DNA of 64,000 nucleotides from Minisyncoccia bacterium (GTDB taxonomy: Bacteria > Patescibacteriota > Minisyncoccia > Moranbacterales > GCA-2747515): the NCBI GenBank assembly GCA_041738235.1, contig JBGSQF010000013.1:63345-127344 (forward strand), read 5' to 3'. The notes beneath the pieces are model-generated. The model was not told where the DNA came from, searched no databases, and was given only the letters and a program-made list of their open reading frames with translations. Positions 57,100 to 64,000 of the stretch are shown in pieces (position 1 is the stretch's first letter; each line of letters starts with the position of its first letter). The translations under genes and the position numbers were made by a program.

Positions 57100-58038
57100 A
57101 TGCATATATCTTTACGGAGCAGGGTGTTTTTGGCGGTTGGTGCGTTCGCGTTCCTGGGTGCAGTTGTTTTCCCGTTCGTTTCTATGGGAAGTAGTCGCCA
57201 TGAGTTGTATGTTGATAAGAATGTGAGTGGTGATCAGGATGGATCTTCTGCTCATCCATACAAGACAATCTGGCAGGCTTTGGACAAGGCTGATGAGGGA
57301 ACCGATATATTTGTAGCGAAAGGAGAATATAAAGAAAATATCACCATTGGAAAAGATATACGCGTGTATGGAGCTGGTGCCGACAAAACAACTATCAAGG
57401 CCAAGGAGGATGATGATGCCGTGGTGACCATGAAACACAAAGCTCGCTTGGAAAGTGTAACGGTCAAAGGTGGTGATGAAGGCATCTTGGTAAAGGAAGA
57501 CAGTCGAGCCAATATCGTCAAGGTAACTGTCAAGGATAATGACAGTGAAGGAATACTTATTTTGAAGGGTGATACCGACAGTGATCACAAAGTGAGCATT
57601 GTTGACTCTTTGATCAAGGAAAATGGTAAGGCTGGAGTTTATTCAAGAAAGCGAAATGTGGTAGTAACCGATTGCACCATTCAGGACAATAGTGGTGACG
57701 GGATCGTTTTCGAGAAAGATGTTACCGCATGGCTTGAGAATAACACCATCAAGGAAAACAAGAAGAGTGGGATCGTGGCTATTTTGGATAAGTCGGATAT
57801 CGGGATCAAGAAGAACAGTGTGTATCGAAATGGTCGAGAGGGTATGGAGATCTCAACGTATGGAGAAGCAGGAAAGATCAATCTTGATAAATCAAAATTT
57901 TACGAGAATGGTCGTTATGGAGTTGCTCGTGTTTCACGATCAGGATCTTCGACGGTTTGGAATGGACTTACCATTCAAGTAAATGTTGAGTATTGGGGGA
58001 ATGTATTTGGGAGTTTGTCGAGAATCCTCTGGATATAA
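57100..58038 (+). CDS. Secreted right-handed parallel beta-helix (PbH1/DUF1565-like) protein
   Basis: Signal peptide, GSSAHPYKTIWQAL (DUF1565-like motif), then repeated ..G..V....I..N...GI.. beta-helix coils. Confidence 0.7.
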   Translation: MHISLRSRVFLAVGAFAFLGAVVFPFVSMGSSRHELYVDKNVSGDQDGSSAHPYKTIWQALDKADEGTDIFVAKGEYKENITIGKDIRVYGAGADKTTIKAKEDDDAVVTMKHKARLESVTVKGGDEGILVKEDSRANIVKVTVKDNDSEGILILKGDTDSDHKVSIVDSLIKENGKAGVYSRKRNVVVTDCTIQDNSGDGIVFEKDVTAWLENNTIKENKKSGIVAILDKSDIGIKKNSVYRNGREGMEISTYGEAGKINLDKSKFYENGRYGVARVSRSGSSTVWNGLTIQVNVEYWGNVFGSLSRILWI

Positions 58039-58078
58039 TAGGGGATAGTCGGTATTTGTAGGTCTGTATTGTACTTGT

Positions 58079-59269
58079 ATGAAAATTGCTTTTATTGGAC
58101 AAAAAGGAATACCCACGAAGTCTGGAGGTGTGGAGCGACATGTTGAAGAGCTCGCGCTGAGACTTCGTCGTGAAGGACATGCTGTGACCGTCTACGGACG
58201 TCAGAGTTATGGTCTTCCAAAAGAAAGCTTTTATAAAGGCGTTCGTGTTTTGGCTGTGCCGAGTATTTCAACGAAGAACCTAGATGCTATTACAGCGACC
58301 TTTCTGGGCATACTGCATATCTTGTTCCATTCATATGATGTAGTACATTTTCATTCTATTGGTCCAGCATCGCTTGCTTGGATCGTTCGATTGCTGAAAC
58401 GCCGTACTGTGATCATCGGAACGTTCCACAGTCAGGATTACGATCATGCGAAGTGGGGGTGGTTTGCTAAGAAGTATCTTCATTTTGGGGAGTACGTTAT
58501 GTGTACTGTTCCTCACAAGACGATCGCCATTAGTCGATCTATGCGCCGATATGCGTTCAAAAAGCATGGAAAACATACGGTATATATTCCAAATGGATGC
58601 AATGCTCAACCGATCGATTCGGAGAAGGCTTTGCAACGATATGGACTTAAAAAGCAACGCTATCTGCTTTCTGTAAGTCGATTGGTAAAGCACAAGGGAA
58701 TCCATTTTTTGATAGAGGCTTTCAAAAGATTGGAGGATACGAATAAGATCCCCAATAACTTTAAGTTGGTCATTGTAGGAACTTCTTCACAAACAGATGA
58801 ATATGTAAAATATCTCAAATTCATCAGCCGAGGTCGAAAGAATATCATCTTTACCGGGGAAAAGTCAGGTGTTGCACTTCGAGAGATCTTTTCACATGCT
58901 TACGCTTTTGTGCAGCCATCAATGGCTGAAGGTCTTTCGATAGCGCTGTTGGAAGCAATGGGATACGGACTTGCCCCACTTGTGAGTGACATTGTGGAAA
59001 ATAAAGAAGCAATTGGAGAATGTGGTTTTGAATTCCGATCGGGAAATACCGACTCCCTTCAAGAAAAACTTGCTTATGTTCTCAATAAGCCAAAAGAGGT
59101 GGAACGTGTTGCAAAACTTGCCCAGAAGAGAGCTCTCACTGAATATCATTGGGATGCTATTGCTAAGAAGACCGGAAGTCTTTATCGTGAAGTTTGGAAA
59201 GAGCGCTTTGGTCAAAAATTAAAAAATAATAGAACGCAGCTTGTAAAACTTGGAACTCATAACTCCTAA
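58079..59269 (+). CDS. Glycosyltransferase family 4
   Basis: KIAFIGQKGIP..SGGVERHVEEL and a C-terminal EGLSIALLEAMGYGLAPLVSD motif. Confidence 0.9.
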   Translation: MKIAFIGQKGIPTKSGGVERHVEELALRLRREGHAVTVYGRQSYGLPKESFYKGVRVLAVPSISTKNLDAITATFLGILHILFHSYDVVHFHSIGPASLAWIVRLLKRRTVIIGTFHSQDYDHAKWGWFAKKYLHFGEYVMCTVPHKTIAISRSMRRYAFKKHGKHTVYIPNGCNAQPIDSEKALQRYGLKKQRYLLSVSRLVKHKGIHFLIEAFKRLEDTNKIPNNFKLVIVGTSSQTDEYVKYLKFISRGRKNIIFTGEKSGVALREIFSHAYAFVQPSMAEGLSIALLEAMGYGLAPLVSDIVENKEAIGECGFEFRSGNTDSLQEKLAYVLNKPKEVERVAKLAQKRALTEYHWDAIAKKTGSLYREVWKERFGQKLKNNRTQLVKLGTHNS

Positions 59270-59281
59270 TGTGAGAATAGT

Positions 59282-60310
59282 ATGAGTCAAGAATGGCAAA
59301 AAATCCTTATCCGAGTTGTGTTGATCTTTTCGATAGTCTCTCTTGGGATTCTTTTTGTCTTGGGCGAAACAGGATCATCAAACTACCAAGGTTCTACGAT
59401 ATTTGTGGTTTTTGCGAGAACCGAGGTGGCCGCACAGCAATTGTCCACAACAACCCAGAACATAGGGCTTATACTGAAAAGTGATCTTTTTAAGAGATCG
59501 GTATCCGGAGATCTCTATCAGGCAACGGAGGAATGGAAACAGTTTTTACTTGATATAAAAAATCCTGCTGGATCGGTTTTTGTGATCTCTTATAGGGACA
59601 ATTCGACCGATCCGCATGCTGTTCGTGAGGCCTTACAGATCGCTCGTATGGAGGCGGTTAGAACGATCGCCAAAAACTATGATCTTTCTCGGGATCTTTC
59701 TCTACGTTTTCTAGATGAGGGGATCGTTGCAGAGTCAAAGGAAAGTACTCGCACTATCTATATCGCTTTCCTTGTGGCCTTTGCGGCTGTTTTGATCGTT
59801 GAGGGTGGAGTGTATTGGCGATCTACAAAAGAGTTGGAGGAGAAGTTTCGCTTGGCAGTGGAAGAACGATTGAAGGAGAAGAGCGAACTGCCAGAATGGT
59901 GGAGGAACTATGAACCTAAAAATACGGAGAAAGAACTACTCCCGACCTTTGAGGATAAGCACGAGATAAAGAGAGTGATTCCAGAGGAAGAGGTAAACAC
60001 ATCCTTGCCAAGCGACACTGTGATCTTAGAGTCGTCGACTCCGGAGGTTCCAAAAGCTCGAGTAGTTTTGCCACGAAGGTCGGCAACTGCGGCTGCACCA
60101 GCTAATCTTCCCATTGCTACAGAGATGCCAGAGGTGTTTAAATCGTACACGAAAACTATCAAATCGGAAGATATTTCCACAGATGAACTGCCTGATCCGG
60201 ACGTGATGGTGTCACATAGAGCTATCGTAGAAGCTCCTGTTGTCAACCCTGAACCTTCAGTAGAAGAACTTAAGGCGCGACTCAATAAATTGCTTCGAGG
60301 TGAGTTATAA
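59282..60310 (+). CDS. Hypothetical membrane protein (2 TM helices, acidic C-terminal region)
   Basis: Topology reminiscent of polysaccharide co-polymerases; no motif. Confidence 0.5.
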   Translation: MSQEWQKILIRVVLIFSIVSLGILFVLGETGSSNYQGSTIFVVFARTEVAAQQLSTTTQNIGLILKSDLFKRSVSGDLYQATEEWKQFLLDIKNPAGSVFVISYRDNSTDPHAVREALQIARMEAVRTIAKNYDLSRDLSLRFLDEGIVAESKESTRTIYIAFLVAFAAVLIVEGGVYWRSTKELEEKFRLAVEERLKEKSELPEWWRNYEPKNTEKELLPTFEDKHEIKRVIPEEEVNTSLPSDTVILESSTPEVPKARVVLPRRSATAAAPANLPIATEMPEVFKSYTKTIKSEDISTDELPDPDVMVSHRAIVEAPVVNPEPSVEELKARLNKLLRGEL

Positions 60311-60368
60311 TGGTTAGGTGTGAATACATATTTTGTAATGGGCATAGTTACAGAAGAGCATACTATTT

Positions 60369-61739
60369 ATGAAAAAACATTCGACACGATTCTGGATCAT
60401 ATTTTGGGTAGTATCTGCTATTCTCCTTTCGATATGGTATGTTTTTTTGCAAGTCTATAATAAGGGTTTTTCGGGTCTCCGCTCTTCTGTGGGGGTACTT
60501 CCTCTTTCTTCAGAAATGAAAGGTGATCTACAGGCCACTCTTTCTCTTATGGATTATGCGCTTGCCGCTGATGAAAAACCCAAGACATTTCTTCTTTTAT
60601 TTCAGAATAACTGGGAGCTTCGACCGGGGGGCGGTTTTATCGGATCTTTCGGGATCCTTACCATCAAGAACGGGCATATTGAAAAGTTGGAGATTCACGA
60701 TACGGGAAACTTTGATGGTCGCATTCCAAATGTTGAGCAACCCCCTTATCCAATGAAAGAATATCTTCGTATACCTTCTTGGCAGATGCGAGATTCTAAC
60801 TACTCTCCGGATTTCCCAACGAATGCTCAGAAGGCGGAATATTTCTATCACCTTGGCCAAGGAGAGGAGCAATTTGATGGTGTGGTAGGGGTTACCACCA
60901 ATGTGCTCATCGCACTTCTTCGTGTGACGGGTCCTGTGCAGTTGGAGGGGTATCCTGGAACGTATGATTCCGAGAATGCTATTTACACGCTTGAGCATCA
61001 AGTAGAGCAGGCGTATTTGGAACAAGACATTCAGAAGGGCGATAGGAAAGAGGTGATGCGGGCTCTTGCTGAGGCTATACTACAAAAGTTACAACCCCTA
61101 ACATTGTCACAAAAAATACGTTTGGCACAAGTTGCTTTGGAAGAACTGAAAAATAAGAATATTCAGGTATTTTTTCACGACGAAAATATCCAAAAGGTCG
61201 TAGCAGGGCGGGGATGGTCAGGCAGTGTGGATCCTCTCTGGCAGAATGATTTTCTTATGCTTGTAGATGCTAACCTTGGAGCATTTAAGAGCGATTCGCT
61301 TATGAAGCGTGAAATACATTACACATTGGATATGTCTGGTGAGTCGTCTCAGGCAACGGTGGAAGTAACCTATTCTCATACGGGGACCGAAAAGAATTGG
61401 CTTATCAACAACTATACTTCTTATCTTCGACTGTATACCCCAAAGGGAAGTTGGTTGGATTCGATCGAGGGAGGCGAGGGAAAAACGCAGTATGGGGAAG
61501 AATTCAACAAGCGTGTTTTTGGAACGGTAGTTCGGGTTTCTATTGGTTCTTCTAAAACGATAGTTTTTCACTACACACTTCCCAAGACCATCGATCCTGA
61601 TTTCTATGATCTGAAGGTCCAGAAACAGGCTGGTCTCATGGACCCAAACTATACTATTACCACAATTGATAAGAAGGGAATGAAAAAAGAGCAACAGTTC
61701 GTGCTTTCTCATGATCAGGTCTTGAGCGAAGAGCTGTAG
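60369..61739 (+). CDS. DUF4012-domain protein (cell-wall polysaccharide locus associated)
   Basis: N-terminal TM; QNNWELRPGGGFIGSFG is the hallmark DUF4012 motif. Confidence 0.75.
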   Translation: MKKHSTRFWIIFWVVSAILLSIWYVFLQVYNKGFSGLRSSVGVLPLSSEMKGDLQATLSLMDYALAADEKPKTFLLLFQNNWELRPGGGFIGSFGILTIKNGHIEKLEIHDTGNFDGRIPNVEQPPYPMKEYLRIPSWQMRDSNYSPDFPTNAQKAEYFYHLGQGEEQFDGVVGVTTNVLIALLRVTGPVQLEGYPGTYDSENAIYTLEHQVEQAYLEQDIQKGDRKEVMRALAEAILQKLQPLTLSQKIRLAQVALEELKNKNIQVFFHDENIQKVVAGRGWSGSVDPLWQNDFLMLVDANLGAFKSDSLMKREIHYTLDMSGESSQATVEVTYSHTGTEKNWLINNYTSYLRLYTPKGSWLDSIEGGEGKTQYGEEFNKRVFGTVVRVSIGSSKTIVFHYTLPKTIDPDFYDLKVQKQAGLMDPNYTITTIDKKGMKKEQQFVLSHDQVLSEEL

Positions 61740-61776
61740 AGTATCGGTGGTTATTTTAGAAAAAAAGTGGTATAAT

Positions 61777-61808
61777 AAAGACACCCTATTAAGTGTCTTT
61801 ATTATTTT
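61777..61808 (+). terminator. Hairpin plus T-rich tract after the DUF4012 gene
   Basis: AAAGACAC-CCTATTAA-GTGTCTTT followed by ATTATTTT. Confidence 0.55.
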
Positions 61809-61810
61809 GT

Positions 61811-62452
61811 ATGAAAGAATATCTCAAGAAAAATGCATTGGTCGTGATCGCTTTTTCTGTCCCTATTGTTTTTGTGGGGATTATTTTTTTGATGACAGCA
61901 TTGCCGTCAATGTTCTTTTCAACACAATACAATTTTGTGTATGCGGTATGTAACGACCCTACATCGATCGATCATTATAACAATCAGCGTTGTCAAGAAT
62001 ATCTCAAAAAGAAGGTGTCTGTTGTTGATGGGCGGATCTCTATAAAAGAGGATCCTACCTATACTGATACTGCCTATGGATATCCTGATGCTTTCATCGA
62101 TGAAGTGGGACCAAGAAGGATGATCCCCATTGAAAGAACGTATTCTTACGAGAAAGAGCTTGGATATAAGCTTCGACTTCTTTTGTATGATGTTCGTATC
62201 GGACAGTCTCGAGAGATATCTCAAGAAGAAGCGAAGAGTATGCATTTCAGTGACCTTATTACGTCGCCTGAGGGCGTTTCGATAGAATCAGGATATGATT
62301 CCACTTATAATTCTCCTTTCTTTTTTGACACCTCATCTTCTTACAATCGCTACCTCAAAAAGGGAAATCAAAAGAAAAAACTCAATCTTCTGGATCAATC
62401 GGATCGATATTATAATGGTAACTTTCAATTTGTGGGATGGGTAATCCCTTAA
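61811..62452 (+). CDS. Hypothetical membrane-anchored protein
   Basis: N-terminal TM then a Tyr/Ser-rich domain; start taken as MKEYLKK because the earlier ATG lies inside the terminator hairpin. Confidence 0.45.
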   Translation: MKEYLKKNALVVIAFSVPIVFVGIIFLMTALPSMFFSTQYNFVYAVCNDPTSIDHYNNQRCQEYLKKKVSVVDGRISIKEDPTYTDTAYGYPDAFIDEVGPRRMIPIERTYSYEKELGYKLRLLLYDVRIGQSREISQEEAKSMHFSDLITSPEGVSIESGYDSTYNSPFFFDTSSSYNRYLKKGNQKKKLNLLDQSDRYYNGNFQFVGWVIP

Positions 62453-62462
62453 GTGTAACTAT

Positions 62463-63464
62463 ATGGATAATAAAGAGTTGCTTCAAGAAGTGCTTGCGCG
62501 GCTTGAGCGAGGGGAGATACAAAAGAGCGAGATACAAGAGATCTTGAATCTCATTGCTCCAAGTGAGAATATTCGTTTAAAGGACCAAAAAGCTGGCTGG
62601 AGAAATCTTGACCTCACGAAGGTGCTTTATATTATCGGTGCGGCCATAGTGCTTTTGGGTATTGTGTTCTTTGTGGGGCAGCTTTGGGACGACATGGGGT
62701 CCTTTGGAAGGATATTCGTAACGTTCATTTTGGGAGTTGTTTTGGTTGGAACAGGTTCATTATTGCATCAGAAACAAGAGAGAGTTTCTCTGGGGAATGT
62801 TTTCCATGCGATGGGATCGATCCTGCTTTTGGGAGGGTCCTTCGTGGTTGTCGATGAGATGGGTCTTGACGTAACGGCCGGAGTCGCTACATTTCTTTTT
62901 GGTGCACTTTTTGTTTTTCACGTATTGCTTGCTTTGTACCACAAAAGTGTGTTGCATAGTTTTTTTTCGGTGGCTTACGGTACGAGTTTTCTTTATGCTC
63001 TCATTGAGTTTATTTTGCCTGGGTATGCGTATGAACATGATGCCGTATATGTTTATCTGACAATGCTCTTTGGGGGGAGCTATCTTTTGCTTTCGCGAGC
63101 TCTTCGATATACCTGGAACGTGGCACTCGTGGGGTTGCTTAATTTCTTTGGAACACTTGGTTTTATGGGGGCTATGGCCAATCGAGCTTGGGAAGGATCG
63201 GGTTTTTGGGAGGTCTTCTACTTTCTTTTCCTTTTTGGGGGAGTATACCTTTCGATATATCTCAAGAGTCGGGCGGTGCTTGTTGTGAGTGTTCTTTTTC
63301 TTATTGCACATATTATTTATATCACAAGCAACTATTTCGCGGACTCTTTGGGATGGCCCATCTCTTTGGTGTTTCTTGGAATGGTGATATTGGGACTGGC
63401 CTATTTCTCTGTCAATCTCAATAAAAAATACTTGCAAGCAGGGTCTTCTGACACAGTTTTATGA
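62463..63464 (+). CDS. Polytopic membrane protein (DUF2157-like)
   Basis: Soluble N-terminal approx. 50 aa followed by about 9 TM helices. Confidence 0.55.
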   Translation: MDNKELLQEVLARLERGEIQKSEIQEILNLIAPSENIRLKDQKAGWRNLDLTKVLYIIGAAIVLLGIVFFVGQLWDDMGSFGRIFVTFILGVVLVGTGSLLHQKQERVSLGNVFHAMGSILLLGGSFVVVDEMGLDVTAGVATFLFGALFVFHVLLALYHKSVLHSFFSVAYGTSFLYALIEFILPGYAYEHDAVYVYLTMLFGGSYLLLSRALRYTWNVALVGLLNFFGTLGFMGAMANRAWEGSGFWEVFYFLFLFGGVYLSIYLKSRAVLVVSVLFLIAHIIYITSNYFADSLGWPISLVFLGMVILGLAYFSVNLNKKYLQAGSSDTVL

Positions 63465-63548
63465 GGGCACACAGTTAAAGAAAGAAGAGCAGATGACGAA
63501 AACAGCACCCAAGGGGGTGCGTTTTTATCTGTATAAAAGGTGTCTGTC

Positions 63549-63609
63549 CGCGCCGCGTTTTGGGTTTTTGGGGAGAGCTCTCCTCATATTCCAAAATGCG
63601 GCGCGGTGC
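63549..63609. repeat. GC-rich 16-bp inverted repeat (long hairpin)
   Basis: CCGCGCCGCGTTTTGG...27 nt...CCAAAATGCGGCGCGG (one G-U). Confidence 0.4.
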
Positions 63610-64000
63610 CATAGCCCCTAGTCAGTCGTCATCATCGGGAAGGTAGGCGAGTCTTGTCCTTGGTGATGTGGTACCCAGCCGGCAGCCTCTTGCTGTGCCA
63701 GCGTTACTGGTTGGTAGACCATTTTCCAACGATGGTCTCGCGATACCTCATCTTCGACGACGATCGGGGGTTCACTTGTGGACGCATCCACGGATGTTTC
63801 TCCTGTTTGAGCCGAAATGGCCTTCTTACTGTACCTCTTATGAGGCACTATCGTCAAGAAACGAGATAGAGAACAAGGTGTACGCTATTACACCGAACAG
63901 TAGGTGTTTAGATGCTCACACAGTTTTCTATACGTAATGGTGGCAACTCCCGTCACTTTATCGGCGCCACCATAGTACACAAAAAGTTTCTTTCCTCGCA

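Noticed and set aside
61760-61776. GGTATAAT extended -10 promoter at 61769-61776
   Set aside because: It sits immediately before the terminator hairpin of the upstream gene, and no -35 is present. It is probably incidental AT-rich sequence.
1-64000. CRISPR arrays, rRNA genes, transposases or integrases
   Set aside because: No regularly spaced direct repeats. No rRNA-like conserved stretches. No DDE, tyrosine or serine recombinase motifs in any ORF.

Overview
The window is a low-GC (~42-46%) bacterial chromosome segment, almost entirely transcribed on the + strand. Its gene complement suggests a small-genome Patescibacteria/CPR-like or low-GC organism; that attribution is inference.

Recognisable housekeeping genes: dnaK 3' end, ispG, murB, hpf, secA, ppa, rseP, proS, pyrF, rarA, pepA, nfo, lysS, serS. 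Four tRNAs are present: an initiator tRNA-Met, a tRNA(CAU) (Met or Ile2), and a tRNA-Asp with an upstream partial duplicate.

Other recognisable blocks are a MacAB/HlyD-type exporter followed by a two-component system, and a cell-envelope polysaccharide locus (Wzz-like, O-antigen-ligase-like, two GT4 glycosyltransferases, DUF4012, a beta-helix protein).

The most unusual features:
1. Nudix hydrolase expansion: eight Nudix genes in 64 kb. Five lie in tandem at 11.6-14.4 kb, interleaved with a CoA-binding protein, and one of them is broken by a poly-G frameshift.
2. A selfish-element-like arrangement at tRNA-Asp. A degenerate copy of the tRNA 5' half, carrying a 39-nt hairpin insertion, is followed by a small GIY-YIG nuclease ORF and then the intact tRNA-Asp.
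3. A second GIY-YIG gene lies 5.3 kb downstream. Together the two bracket an apparent acquired lipid/oxidative-stress module: TspO, a conserved hypothetical, DUF1365, cyclopropane-fatty-acid synthase and an amine-oxidase-like flavoprotein. A recurring terminator-like repeat, GTGAGCAGGGAYGCYCG..., marks this block.
4. Two high-GC (~60%) islands at 33.0-34.2 kb and 50.7-54.3 kb encode only lipoproteins or secreted proteins, including a LysM protein.
5. Two unusual domain fusions: an Ogt/MGMT-like domain (active-site PCHR changed to PCFR) fused to TsaC/YrdC, and a cytidylyltransferase-like HxGH domain fused to 5-formyl-THF cyclo-ligase.
6. A structured ~220-nt noncoding region after tRNA-Asp with an SRP-RNA-like AGGUCCGG...GAAAGCAG motif.

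No CRISPR array, rRNA, transposase or integrase is visible. All calls rest on motif recognition from the translated ORFs, with no database search.
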